Assembly (NCBI GenBank): GCA_028686135.1
Contig: JAQUCP010000006.1
Coordinates: 43,721-107,720, forward strand
Direction of reading: 5' to 3'
Length of the DNA stretch: 64,000 nucleotides
DNA from: Bacteroidales bacterium
Lineage (GTDB): Bacteria > Bacteroidota > Bacteroidia > Bacteroidales > UBA12481
The notes beneath the pieces are model-generated. The model ran no database searches. It was not told the DNA's origin and worked only from the letters and a program-made list of their open reading frames with translations. Positions 1 through 8,681 of this stretch are shown here, one piece after another. How positions within the stretch are numbered: the stretch's first letter is position 1; each line of letters starts with the position of its first letter. Position numbers and translations under genes: made by a program.

Positions 1-106
1 GAGTATTGAAACAACCTTAACAATTAAAACAACTCTACAACCATCTGATCTATTGACTAATGAATTTTACAACCATATCTTTATTTGCGGAAAGACAAGG
101 GTAATC

Positions 107-260
107 GGTTGACCTGTCGGGAGTTGTTTGAAAAGTTTCGGAAAAGAGGGTTAGGCTGACCCAAATCAGGTGAATTCCTTACGGTAGGGGGACACCGTTT
201 CGAAAAACACTGCACTTTTCCTACGTCATGGACAACTCTTAGGCAGGTCAACCTTTTTTT
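107..260 (+). ncRNA. candidate structured small RNA (rod-like fold, 6S-like shape; identity unknown)
   Basis: No ORF >=60 aa lies in 1..291. GGTTGACCTG (107-116) pairs perfectly with CAGGTCAACC (244-253). The helix is extended by GAGTTGT (121-127)/ACAACTC (232-238), GAAAAG (130-135)/CTTTTC (215-220) and TTTCG (136-140)/CGAAA (201-205). The closing helix is followed by T7 (254-260), so it works as an intrinsic terminator on the + strand only. Confidence 0.35.
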
Positions 261-304
261 GCTGATTCAATTTTCTTCCATATTATCCTCCCTAAACACC
301 CGAA

Positions 305-337
305 AGGCCTTCTCTGAAAAGAGGGGCCTTTTTTTTA
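305..337. terminator. hairpin terminator at the 3' end of the his operon (bidirectional shape)
   Basis: AGGCCTTCTCT-GAAA-AGAGGGGCCT hairpin. It is followed by a run of 8 T on the + strand and preceded by the matching A-run on the - strand. It directly abuts the hisIE stop codon (TAA, complement of 335-337). Confidence 0.6.
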
Positions 338-934
338 TTGATGGCGTTGATAGAGAGTCCGGGTGACATCCTGCAGAGATAATCCGCGGTCGGCCAGGAG
401 CACCAGGTAGTGAAACAGCAAATCGGCAGCTTCGTCCAGAAAGGCTGCATCATTATTGCCCATGGCTTCAATGACCAGCTCCACTGCTTCCTCTCCCGTT
501 TTCTGGGCCATAGCAGCTGTCCCCTTTCTGAACAGCTCAGCCGTGTAGGAACCTTCGGGCAACTCCCGTTTACGCTGGAGGATAAGCTGCTGCAGATAAT
601 CAAGAAACAAAATGTCGGGTTCATTGATCTCATTAAAGCAGGTATCCGGTCCATCATGGCAAACAGGACCGGCGGGGGTAGCCATTATCAGCAGGGTGTC
701 ACGATCACAGTCGACCAGGATCTTCTTCACCTTCAGTGAGTTACCACTCGTTTCCCCTTTAGTCCATAACGTCTGCCTCGATCGGCTGTAGAAGGTTACT
801 AATCCGGTTTCCCGGGTGATCTTCAAGGATTCTTCACTCATATAGCCCAGCATCAGCACCTTGCGGGTGAGGTCATCCTGGATGATGGCCGGGATGAGGC
901 CATTTTCTTTTTTAAAATCAAGTTTTTCGCTCAT
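335..934 (-). CDS. hisIE: bifunctional phosphoribosyl-AMP cyclohydrolase / phosphoribosyl-ATP pyrophosphatase
   Basis: 199 aa. The N-terminal HisI part reads GLIPAIIQD...WTKGETSG...DCDRDTLL. The C-terminal HisE part reads GSYTAELF...KTGEEAVE. It is the last gene of the his cluster. Confidence 0.93.
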   Translation of the reverse strand: MSEKLDFKKENGLIPAIIQDDLTRKVLMLGYMSEESLKITRETGLVTFYSRSRQTLWTKGETSGNSLKVKKILVDCDRDTLLIMATPAGPVCHDGPDTCFNEINEPDILFLDYLQQLILQRKRELPEGSYTAELFRKGTAAMAQKTGEEAVELVIEAMGNNDAAFLDEAADLLFHYLVLLADRGLSLQDVTRTLYQRHQ

Positions 935-944
935 GTTGATAAGA

Positions 945-1709
945 TTATTGAATTAATCGGACCGGGATATTTTCCCCGGCCAGGTATTGTTTTAAAATCG
1001 GAATAGGGATCTCTCCAAAGTGGAACACACTGGCCGCCAACGCCGCATCAGCTTTCCCGATGGTAAAAGCATCACGAAAGTGCTCGGGGCTTCCGGCCCC
1101 TCCGGATGCGATCACCGGAAGGTGCACATCATCCGACAAGAGACCCAGGGCTTCACAGGCGTATCCACTTTTGGTTCCATCATGGTTCATGCTGGTGAAG
1201 AGGATTTCACCACAACCTCGCTCCCTGCCCTCTTTGGCCCATTCGAACAGATCACGACCAACCGGAATTCGCCCACCATGCATAAACACCTCCCACGACC
1301 CGTTAGGCTGCTGCCGGGCATCAATAGCCAGAACCACAAACTGGGATCCGAATCCACCAGCTAAACGATCAATCAGCTGTGGATTTTTGAGTACTGCCGA
1401 GTTAAGCGAGACTTTATCCGCTCCAGCCTCCAGCAGAGCGGAGGCATCCTCATAAGAGGCAATTCCGCCACCCACAGTAAAGGGAATCGTGATGGTTCTG
1501 GCTACCCGCCGAACGAGCTCAATGAAGGTCTTGCGCCCCTCGTGGCTGGCCGTGATATCCAACAGCACCAGCTCATCAGCCTGCTCCTCAACATACCGGA
1601 GTGCCAGCTCAACAGGATCACCGGCATCACGCAATTGGACGAAATTCACACCCTTGACCGTCCGGCCATCCAGGATATCCAAACAAGGAACTATTCTTTT
1701 TGCCAGCAT
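945..1709 (-). CDS. hisF: imidazole glycerol phosphate synthase, cyclase subunit
   Basis: 254 aa with [23 protein letters not shown]...DELVLLDI...GGGI...ASGGAG, the typical HisF (beta-alpha)8 signature. Confidence 0.95.
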   Translation of the reverse strand: MLAKRIVPCLDILDGRTVKGVNFVQLRDAGDPVELALRYVEEQADELVLLDITASHEGRKTFIELVRRVARTITIPFTVGGGIASYEDASALLEAGADKVSLNSAVLKNPQLIDRLAGGFGSQFVVLAIDARQQPNGSWEVFMHGGRIPVGRDLFEWAKEGRERGCGEILFTSMNHDGTKSGYACEALGLLSDDVHLPVIASGGAGSPEHFRDAFTIGKADAALAASVFHFGEIPIPILKQYLAGENIPVRLIQ

Positions 1710-2455
1710 TATCCTTCAGATTTGTTGATGAGATTATTGGGTCCAACTGTCAAGTCATCGAGATCCAGCCTACCTTCATACAGGGCTTTGCCAATGATCA
1801 CCCCGGACAGTCCTGCTTCGCGAAGAGCATTCAGATCATCCATCGAAGAGACCCCACCACTCGCAATAAGCTCGATTTCAGGAAATTGGATCATCATCTT
1901 TTGATAAAGGGCAACGGCCGGACCGGTAAACAATCCATCACGCTCAACATCCGTGCAAAAGAATTGGGTGATGCCATATCCCAGCCATTGGCTGATGAAT
2001 TCCGTCCATTGTATCCGGGTACCAGCCTGCCATCCATGGTACACGATCATTTCATCGCGGACATCAGCACCCAGAAGGAAACGATCAGGGCCAAATTCAG
2101 CAATCCAATCGCGCAGCATAATCGGATCAGTCACGGCCATACTTCCAATGCTAACCTGTGAAGCACCCGCCTGAAAAACCTGAGCCAAAGATTTATAGGA
2201 GCGGATGCCTCCGCCATAATCAACCGCCAAACCGGTTTGTCCGGTGATTGCCCTGAGAACATCCAGGTTTTGAGGCTCACCACTGCGGGCACCATCGAGA
2301 TCCACCACATGCAACCTGTGCAAACCGGCTCGTTCGAAGCGCTGAGCTTCCAATACCGGGTCATTCGAATAGATGGTCACCTCCCCAAAGCGCCCTCCGG
2401 ACAACCTAACCACCTGACCGTGAATCAAATCAATAGCAGGAATAATCTCCATCAT
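1709..2455 (-). CDS. hisA: ProFAR isomerase (1-(5-phosphoribosyl)-5-[(5-phosphoribosylamino)methylideneamino]imidazole-4-carboxamide isomerase)
   Basis: 248 aa with [15 protein letters not shown]...HVVDLDGA...GGGIRS...ASGGV. Its stop shares 1 nt with the hisF start (TAATG). Confidence 0.93.
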   Translation of the reverse strand: MMEIIPAIDLIHGQVVRLSGGRFGEVTIYSNDPVLEAQRFERAGLHRLHVVDLDGARSGEPQNLDVLRAITGQTGLAVDYGGGIRSYKSLAQVFQAGASQVSIGSMAVTDPIMLRDWIAEFGPDRFLLGADVRDEMIVYHGWQAGTRIQWTEFISQWLGYGITQFFCTDVERDGLFTGPAVALYQKMMIQFPEIELIASGGVSSMDDLNALREAGLSGVIIGKALYEGRLDLDDLTVGPNNLINKSEG

Positions 2456-3036
2456 AATTCGAGAAAGTTTTTAATCAGTTGCAGCCCGATCTCCCCGCTT
2501 TTTTCGGGATGAAACTGGACAGCGAAGAAATTATCGCGCTGCAGTGCAGCACTAAATGGTAGCTCGTACTCGCAAACAGCCACTGTATTATCGCCTGTCG
2601 CGGCAAAAAAGGAGTGTACAAAATAGACGTATGATCCGGGATCGATCTTTCGAAACAAAGGTTCATCCGTAGCAAAAGATATTGTATTCCAGCCCATATG
2701 AGGGACTTTCAGCTCTCCTTGGAAACGCTTGACCTCCTCCGAAAATATCCCCAGTCCGGCCACATCCCCCTCCTCCGAGGAGCGGCACATCAGCTGCATT
2801 CCCAGACAGATCCCTAACACCGGTTGCGTCAGCGAGGTGATTAGCTCACCAAGTTCTCTAGCCTTTAGATAGGCCATTGTGCTGCTCGCCTCCCCCACTC
2901 CCGGGAAGATCACCTTTGAGGCTCGTCTGATTCTTACCGGATCGTCCGTTACCTCGGCCGAATACCCGAGACGCTCCAGGGCATTCACTACCGACCCGAT
3001 ATTCCCAGCATTATATTTGATCACAACAATCTTCAT
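2452..3036 (-). CDS. hisH: imidazole glycerol phosphate synthase, glutamine amidotransferase subunit
   Basis: 194 aa class-I GATase with GVGEA...GICLGMQL...HSF...QFHPEKS. There is a 4-nt ATGA overlap with hisA. Confidence 0.95.
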   Translation of the reverse strand: MKIVVIKYNAGNIGSVVNALERLGYSAEVTDDPVRIRRASKVIFPGVGEASSTMAYLKARELGELITSLTQPVLGICLGMQLMCRSSEEGDVAGLGIFSEEVKRFQGELKVPHMGWNTISFATDEPLFRKIDPGSYVYFVHSFFAATGDNTVAVCEYELPFSAALQRDNFFAVQFHPEKSGEIGLQLIKNFLEL

Positions 3037-3096
3037 TACCTTCTGATTTTTGCTTATTCACCTGTTCAACTTCGCTCCCTTGATTTTCTGATTCTA

Positions 3097-4215
3097 TTAC
3101 AGCATCCCTTTGGTGCTCGGCACCCCACCCTCACACGATCCTTGCCAGGCTTGGCGGAGCGTTCGGGCTAATGCTTTAAATGCTGCCTCGATTTTGTGAT
3201 GTTCATTATCTCCCTGGATATCAATATGTAAAGCACAACGAGCTCCATCGGCAAAAGAGCGAAAAAAGTGCTGAAACAGTTCCGTAGGCAATTCCCCGAT
3301 CTTTTCGCGGTGGAACTCGGCATTCCAGTGGAGATACGGCCTTCCGCCCAGGTCGATGGAGAGGCTACACCGTGAATCATCCATCGGTAGCACAAAGCCA
3401 TATCGGTTCATTCCACGCAGATCGCCCCAGGCTTGTCTAAAAGCCTGACCGAGTACCAGGGCGGTATCCTCCACCGTATGATGCTCATCCACATGGAGAT
3501 CTCCGTTCGTCTGGATCGTCAGATCGGCTCCGCTATGACGGGCCAGCTGATCCAGGAGGTGATCAAAAAAGCCTATCCCCGTAGAGACAATCGACTGACC
3601 TTCACCATGGAGCGACACCTCCACCCGGATATCCGTTTCACGCGTTTTACGAACCACCGTGGCCGACCGCTCCTTTCTGATCAGGAAATCGGCGATCTCC
3701 TTCCAGGTGGTTGCTTTGAGAGCGCAAAATGGGTCATCGGCAGGGGTGGCGAACTGTTTCCACCGTTCTTCCGTACCGATAAATATTCCCCGGCACCCCA
3801 GGTTCGCAGCAAGGCGGATATCGGTGGTTCGATCGCCAATTACATAGGATCTAGCCATATCATAATCACCTGACAAATAATGAGTTAACATACCAATCCC
3901 GGGTTTTCGGGTATCGAGCCCTTCGTGACTAAAACTCCGGTCGATGAGAATTTCCCGAAAGCGGATGCCCTCCTGAGCCAAAGTCTCAACCATCCGGTCC
4001 TGTACCGGCCAAAAGGTCGCCTCCGGGAATGACTGTGTACCCAGGCCATCCTGGTTTGTCACCATCACCAACTCAAAAGGCAGGATGCGAGCGATACGGC
4101 CCAGGTGGGTAAAGACTCCCGGCAAGTACCGAAGTTCGTTAAAGCTGTCAACTTGCTCATTTTCAGGCTCTCTTATCAGAGTGCCGTCACGGTCGATGAA
4201 TAAAAATCGTTTCAT
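3097..4215 (-). CDS. hisB: bifunctional histidinol-phosphatase (HAD) / imidazoleglycerol-phosphate dehydratase
   Basis: 372 aa. The N-terminal HAD motif is FIDRDGTLI. The C-terminal IGPD part reads RETDIRVEVSL...FFDHLLDQLARHSG...DEHHTVED...GDNEHHKIEA. Confidence 0.93.
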   Translation of the reverse strand: MKRFLFIDRDGTLIREPENEQVDSFNELRYLPGVFTHLGRIARILPFELVMVTNQDGLGTQSFPEATFWPVQDRMVETLAQEGIRFREILIDRSFSHEGLDTRKPGIGMLTHYLSGDYDMARSYVIGDRTTDIRLAANLGCRGIFIGTEERWKQFATPADDPFCALKATTWKEIADFLIRKERSATVVRKTRETDIRVEVSLHGEGQSIVSTGIGFFDHLLDQLARHSGADLTIQTNGDLHVDEHHTVEDTALVLGQAFRQAWGDLRGMNRYGFVLPMDDSRCSLSIDLGGRPYLHWNAEFHREKIGELPTELFQHFFRSFADGARCALHIDIQGDNEHHKIEAAFKALARTLRQAWQGSCEGGVPSTKGML

Positions 4216-4227
4216 TGGCTAGAGGTA

Positions 4228-6645
4228 TCAATTTTCGGTTGTTTGGGTATCATTTGGATGCTGGCCAGCTGAGTCTGGCTGGCTAAAGGCTTCCAACGCA
4301 TCCAGCAGGCGCTGATTCTCTTCGGCTGTTCCAACTGTGATTCTCAGGCAGTTATCGCACAATGGTTGTTTCGATCGATCCCGGACAATAATATGGCGAT
4401 CGGATAGGTATTGGTACATTGTTCGGGCATCGATCACCTTCACCAGCAGGAAATTACCTTCTGACGGATAGACTGTTTTCACGCATGGCTTAACGCCAAG
4501 CTGCTCACGGAGCCATTCGCGCTGATCGATGATTTCACGCACCGACTGGTCAACCGTGCTGGGATCCTGTTTTAACTTCTGCAAAATCTCATTCGCCGCT
4601 GGGGAGCTGATATTATAAGGGTATTTCACTTTATCCAGGAGGCTAATAATAAAGGGGTCTGCGAAGGCCATGCCCACACGGGCAGCTGCCAAGCCCCAGG
4701 CTTTTGAGAAAGTCCTGAGAATCAACAGATTAGGATATTTTTTAATCAGTCTGATGGCAGAAGAACCGGTAGCAAAATCGGCATAAGCTTCATCAACCAC
4801 CACGATGCCAGGGAATTTTCTGGCAATTTTCTCGATCTGGGTCAGTGGGATCTGGTTCCCAGTGGGATTATTAGGTGAACAGAGGAAGATGATTTGGGTG
4901 TCGTACCCGGTGACTGCCAACAGTCGATCCTCATCAAGAGTAAAATCATCATTCAGCAGGAAGGCATCAACGCCGACATCCTGAATTTGAGCGGCTACCG
5001 CGTACATGCCGTAGGATGGGCTTAGGGTTAGCATCCGGCTCTGCCGTGGTTCGCAGAAGATTCGAATGAGCAAATCAATAGCCTCATCGCTACCGTTTCC
5101 GACAAACACTTGATCAGGCTCACTCCCAAAGCGGAGGGCAACCTGTTGTCTCAGTTCCCGCTGACGGGGGTCGGGATAGCGATTCAGGCCGTTATCATTA
5201 GGATTCTCATTGGCATCCAGGAAGATTCCCTCTCTCCCGGAGTATTCATCTCGAGCTGAGGAGTATGGAACCAGGGACAGGATGTTGGGTCTGACTCTCT
5301 TTGCCACCTTCAGTTTTGGGTCAGCTATTTCATCACTATCCTCAAGCCCTTCAGGTTGGGATGTTTCGCTGTTCATTCTGATCTCCACCGCGCGAGCGTG
5401 TCCTTCCAGCCCTTCAGCCCTGGCCATCACCTGAATTGCCGGTCCGATTTGCTCAAGTCCGCCGGCGGTGATCTCCTGAAAAGTCACCATCCGGGTAAAC
5501 GCTTCCACACTCAGTCCGCCCATTTGGCGGGCATAGCCAGATGTTGGCAGGGTATGATTGGTGCCACTGGCGTAATCTCCCGCACTTTCGGGGGTCAGTG
5601 ATCCAAGAAAAACTGATCCGGCGTTAGTTACCATCCCGGCCAGATCCCGGTAGTTTTTGGTACTAATGATCAAATGTTCAGGCGCATATTGGTTCACCAT
5701 AGCCATCAGAGTATCGTAATCACGAAGAACCACTATCCGGCTATATTTCAATGCATTACGGGCAACATCCGCTCGTGGAAGCTGTTGTAATTGGGCAAGC
5801 GTTTCCTGTTTCACCGTTTTTGCCAGTTGAAGATCCGTAGTAAACAGGATAACCTGGCTATCTGGTCCATGTTCAGCCTGAGAAAGCAGGTCGGCAGCAA
5901 TAAAAGTCGGGTTACTCCATTGGTCGGCGATCACGGCCACTTCGGATGGGCCGGCAGGCATATCAATGGCAACCTGATCTCTTGAAACCAATGTTTTTGC
6001 CATGGTCACCCATGAATTTCCTGGTCCGAATACTTTATCTACCGCGGGAACGGGTCCCAGTCCATAGGCCATTGAAGCCACAGCCTGAACGCCTCCGAGG
6101 CGGAACACGTTGGTGACTCCACACAGGTTAGCGGCATAGAGTATGGCCGGGTGGATTATCCCCTTGCAGTTGCCAGGAGAGCAGAGGACGACAGTTCGGC
6201 ATCTGGCGAGGGCGGCAGGAATTGCCAGCATCAGCACGGTTGAGAACAGGGGTGCAGTGCCGCCCGGAACGTAAAGTCCAACACGCTCGATCGGCAGGGA
6301 ACGGCGGTAGCAGGTAACTCCTTCCATCACTTCAACAGGAGACTCAAGACGGATTTGTTGCTCGTGGAATTTCTGGATATTCCTGGCGGCCAAGGCGATA
6401 GCATTCTTCAGCTCTTTTGGAAGGAGATCGGAAGCCTCGTCCAGCTCCTGCTGACTGATCAAGGCCGGTTCAGGGTCATATCCGTCGAACTGACGGGTCA
6501 ACCGGCAAACATCGCTCCAGCCTGTACCCTTCAGATCCCGGAGCATACTTGAAACCTTGGCTTCCAAATCCACCTTCTGATCCGTTGGGCGGCTCAGGAG
6601 ATTTTTCCAGGTATCGGCCGATGGGTTGATTACTAAGTCCATCAT
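4228..6645 (-). CDS. hisDC: fused histidinol dehydrogenase (N-terminal) and histidinol-phosphate aminotransferase (C-terminal)
   Basis: A single uninterrupted 805-aa ORF. The HisD part reads VGLYVPGG.APL.STVLM...SQAEHGPDSQ...GDYASGTNHTLPT...HARAVEIR. An acidic linker follows (NSETSQPEGLEDSDEIADPKLK). The HisC part reads VPYSSARDEY...LDANENP...RYPDP...NPNNPTG...VVVDEAY..F...RTFSKAWGLAAARVG. Confidence 0.85.
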   Translation of the reverse strand: MMDLVINPSADTWKNLLSRPTDQKVDLEAKVSSMLRDLKGTGWSDVCRLTRQFDGYDPEPALISQQELDEASDLLPKELKNAIALAARNIQKFHEQQIRLESPVEVMEGVTCYRRSLPIERVGLYVPGGTAPLFSTVLMLAIPAALARCRTVVLCSPGNCKGIIHPAILYAANLCGVTNVFRLGGVQAVASMAYGLGPVPAVDKVFGPGNSWVTMAKTLVSRDQVAIDMPAGPSEVAVIADQWSNPTFIAADLLSQAEHGPDSQVILFTTDLQLAKTVKQETLAQLQQLPRADVARNALKYSRIVVLRDYDTLMAMVNQYAPEHLIISTKNYRDLAGMVTNAGSVFLGSLTPESAGDYASGTNHTLPTSGYARQMGGLSVEAFTRMVTFQEITAGGLEQIGPAIQVMARAEGLEGHARAVEIRMNSETSQPEGLEDSDEIADPKLKVAKRVRPNILSLVPYSSARDEYSGREGIFLDANENPNDNGLNRYPDPRQRELRQQVALRFGSEPDQVFVGNGSDEAIDLLIRIFCEPRQSRMLTLSPSYGMYAVAAQIQDVGVDAFLLNDDFTLDEDRLLAVTGYDTQIIFLCSPNNPTGNQIPLTQIEKIARKFPGIVVVDEAYADFATGSSAIRLIKKYPNLLILRTFSKAWGLAAARVGMAFADPFIISLLDKVKYPYNISSPAANEILQKLKQDPSTVDQSVREIIDQREWLREQLGVKPCVKTVYPSEGNFLLVKVIDARTMYQYLSDRHIIVRDRSKQPLCDNCLRITVGTAEENQRLLDALEAFSQPDSAGQHPNDTQTTEN

Positions 6646-7503
6646 TTAAACAATCATTTTCTCAATGGGAATCACCAGAATACCTTGGGCGCCTGCGTCA
6701 CGTAACTGACTGATGATCACCCAGAACTCGCGTTCGCTTAACACCGAGTGCACCGAGCTCCAGCCCTCCTCCGCCAGGGGCATGATGGTAGGACTTTTCA
6801 TGCCGGGCAGAATCCTACAAATCTCGTCGAGTCGTTCATTGGGGGCATTCAGCAGGATATATTTATTATCCCTGGCGGCTAAGACAGCCCGGAACCGAAA
6901 CAGCAGGTTTTCCAGGGTTGTCCTCTTCTCAGCTGATAATCCAGGTGCAGCTACCAGCACAGCCTCCGACTTCATCACGACCTCAACCTCTCGCAGGCCA
7001 TTGCTAATCAATGTACTACCAGAGCTGACGATATCCATAATCCCATCAGCCAATCCGATTGCCGGAGCAATCTCTACGGATCCATTCAGAAAGTGAATCT
7101 CTGCATCTATCTGATTATCATCTAGATAATTTTGAAGAATATGAGGAAATGAGGTAGCTATTTTTCGGCCTGCTAACCAGGAGCGATCGGGGTAATCGAT
7201 CTCTTTAGGTACGGCGATACTCAGGCGGCAGGCGCTGAACCCCAGGTGCTCCATAACTTCCAGGGGAAATTGGGACTCCCGAAGAACGTCCTCCCCGATA
7301 ATGCCCGCATCGGCCACACCATCAGCCACATATTGAGGGATGTCGTCATCCCGGAGATAGAGAACCTCTAACGGAAACGAGGAAGATTGAGCCAGGAGGG
7401 TTCGTTTCCCGTTCGTTAAGGAGAGCCCGCTCTCCTTCATCAGTTCCAGGCTTTTTTCGCTAAGCCGGCCGGATTTTTGCAATGCAATTTTTAGTCTGTC
7501 CAT
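6646..7503 (-). CDS. hisG: ATP phosphoribosyltransferase, long form
   Basis: Conserved HisG N-terminus MDRLKIALQKSGRL. I chose the ATG at 7503 (285 aa) rather than the track start at 7539, because that extension runs through the attenuator hairpin and U-tract. A C-terminal regulatory domain is present. Confidence 0.92.
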   Translation of the reverse strand: MDRLKIALQKSGRLSEKSLELMKESGLSLTNGKRTLLAQSSSFPLEVLYLRDDDIPQYVADGVADAGIIGEDVLRESQFPLEVMEHLGFSACRLSIAVPKEIDYPDRSWLAGRKIATSFPHILQNYLDDNQIDAEIHFLNGSVEIAPAIGLADGIMDIVSSGSTLISNGLREVEVVMKSEAVLVAAPGLSAEKRTTLENLLFRFRAVLAARDNKYILLNAPNERLDEICRILPGMKSPTIMPLAEEGWSSVHSVLSEREFWVIISQLRDAGAQGILVIPIEKMIV

Positions 7504-7511
7504 AAAAAAAG

Positions 7512-7544
7512 TCAAAAAAAAAGGCTTGCAGATTTGCAAGCCTT
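7512..7544 (-). terminator. his operon attenuator (intrinsic terminator between leader ORF and hisG)
   Basis: The minus strand reads AAGGCTTGCA-AATC-TGCAAGCCTT followed by a U-run (T9 counting two that can pair). It ends about 10 nt before the hisG ATG. Confidence 0.8.
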
Positions 7545-7568
7545 TCAGTTCATTAAAACCTTATCTTA

Positions 7569-7640
7569 CTACTCTGCACAGACCCCTTGCATCAGGTGAT
7601 GATGATGATGATGGATGCTATGCAGAAAATTGTTATACAT
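7569..7640 (-). CDS. hisL: his operon leader peptide (23 aa, MYNNFLHSIHHHHHHLMQGVCAE)
   Basis: The minus strand reads ATG TAT AAC AAT TTT CTG CAT AGC ATC CAT CAT CAT CAT CAT CAC CTG ATG CAA GGG GTC TGT GCA GAG TAG. That gives 7 His in 23 codons, six of them consecutive (7596-7613). The ORF sits between a promoter and the terminator just upstream of hisG. Confidence 0.8.
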   Translation of the reverse strand: MYNNFLHSIHHHHHHLMQGVCAE

Positions 7641-7657
7641 ACTTTTTATCTCGGGGA

Positions 7658-7688
7658 CAAAGATAGCGGCACGAAGGAAACATCCAAA
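7658..7688 (-). promoter_or_regulatory. Bacteroidota-type sigma-A promoter of the his operon
   Basis: On the minus strand, -33 TTTG (7688-7685), a 19-nt spacer, then -7 TATCTTTG (7665-7658), which matches TAnnTTTG perfectly. The leader ATG lies 18 nt downstream of the box. Confidence 0.7.
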
Positions 7689-7711
7689 CCGGTTCACCCA
7701 TTTTTATTAAA

Positions 7712-7743
7712 TTTGATCCTTGGATAATCAAAAAGTACTTTTG
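7712..7743 (+). promoter_or_regulatory. Bacteroidota-type promoter of the lipoprotein gene
   Basis: -33 TTTG (7712-7715), a 20-nt spacer, then -7 TACTTTTG (7736-7743). The ATG is at 7780. Confidence 0.55.
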
Positions 7744-7779
7744 ATTGTTGTTAGTACGAACTAATTTAATTTATCAGTT

Positions 7780-8658
7780 ATGAAAAAATTATCATTATTA
7801 ACCGCCGTATTGGCCATTGCCGGAATCTTTTTACTTCAGTCGTGTGACCCGGTAGGCACCGTTACCCCACCACTTTTAGCAGTTAATCCTACTGGAGAAC
7901 TGACTGCCGGGCCTGGTGATGAGGTAAACTATGAAGTGATTGTCACCTCCGAGACTGACCTGCAAAAAGTAGAGATTTCTGGTAAGATTGGTGAAGTTCT
8001 GATCATGAGTACGGACACTATTTTCGAAGCCGGTGTTCTCTCAGCCACGTTTAACTTCACATTTGAAGTACCGGCAACTGCAAATGCTGGCGATATCATA
8101 AACGTTGATTTCACGGCCTTCAATGAAGGTGAAACCACCGTCGTAACCCGGAATGTTACTGTTGAAGCCGGTGAGATTGCCACCTACACTGCTGTCATCA
8201 TGTCCGACCTGGAAAACCCGGTAGGAAGCAGTTTTTATGCCATTCCCACGAATGAATTGATGACCCTGAACCAGGCCATTGCCACCCCGGAAAAGGTTGA
8301 CATCATCTATTATTATGGAGCTACCAACCAAGCTGTCATCTGCTCCCCGATGGATGAGGGTGTTAAGGCATTCACCGATTTACAGGGCAGAGTTATTGTT
8401 GACCGCCTGACCACCAAGAATGACACCAGAATGGCTACTGTGGATATGACGACTACCGAATTTGCTGCTGTCAGTAATGACGGCCCAATCGTAGCCAACA
8501 AACCCGCTGTAACCTCTACTGCTGTCACCAAGCTGGAAAAAGATAATGTCTTCCATGTTCAGACTGTTTCAGGGAAACAGGCTCTCGTTATGGTGAAGAA
8601 TATTGTTGGAACCCAAGGAACCAGCATGATTACTATTGAAGTTAAGGTACAGATCTAA
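7780..8658 (+). CDS. lipoprotein of unknown function
   Basis: 292 aa. The signal peptide has a lipobox (LLQSC). The protein is Thr/Val-rich and looks like a beta-sandwich. I recognise no family. Confidence 0.6.
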   Translation: MKKLSLLTAVLAIAGIFLLQSCDPVGTVTPPLLAVNPTGELTAGPGDEVNYEVIVTSETDLQKVEISGKIGEVLIMSTDTIFEAGVLSATFNFTFEVPATANAGDIINVDFTAFNEGETTVVTRNVTVEAGEIATYTAVIMSDLENPVGSSFYAIPTNELMTLNQAIATPEKVDIIYYYGATNQAVICSPMDEGVKAFTDLQGRVIVDRLTTKNDTRMATVDMTTTEFAAVSNDGPIVANKPAVTSTAVTKLEKDNVFHVQTVSGKQALVMVKNIVGTQGTSMITIEVKVQI

Positions 8659-8681
8659 TTAAAAATCCGAACGATCTGGAA

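Noticed and set aside
107-260. Identification of the structured RNA as RNase P RNA, SRP (4.5S) RNA or tmRNA
   Set aside because: It is too short for RNase P or tmRNA. It lacks their conserved blocks: no GAGGAAAGTCC-like P4 strand, no SRP GGAA/AGCA domain-IV motif, and no tRNA-like end or tag ORF.
7504-7539. N-terminal extension of the hisG ORF in the track (MQICKPFFLTFF...)
   Set aside because: The extension is a translation of the attenuator hairpin and U-tract. The conserved HisG N-terminus begins at MDRLKIALQKSGRL (ATG 7503).
7596-7613. HHHHHH run as a possible cloning-vector His-tag or contamination
   Set aside because: It lies in a 23-codon ORF between a native promoter and a terminator immediately upstream of hisG. 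That is the classical hisL arrangement. No vector-like flanks are present.
7726-7746. Near-perfect palindrome AATCAAAA(A)GTACTTTTGATT in the his/lipoprotein divergent region, as a possible operator
   Set aside because: Its right half is a canonical -7 box (TACTTTTG) with a TTTG -33 element 20 nt upstream. It is therefore adequately explained as the lipoprotein gene promoter. An additional operator role cannot be excluded but is not supported.
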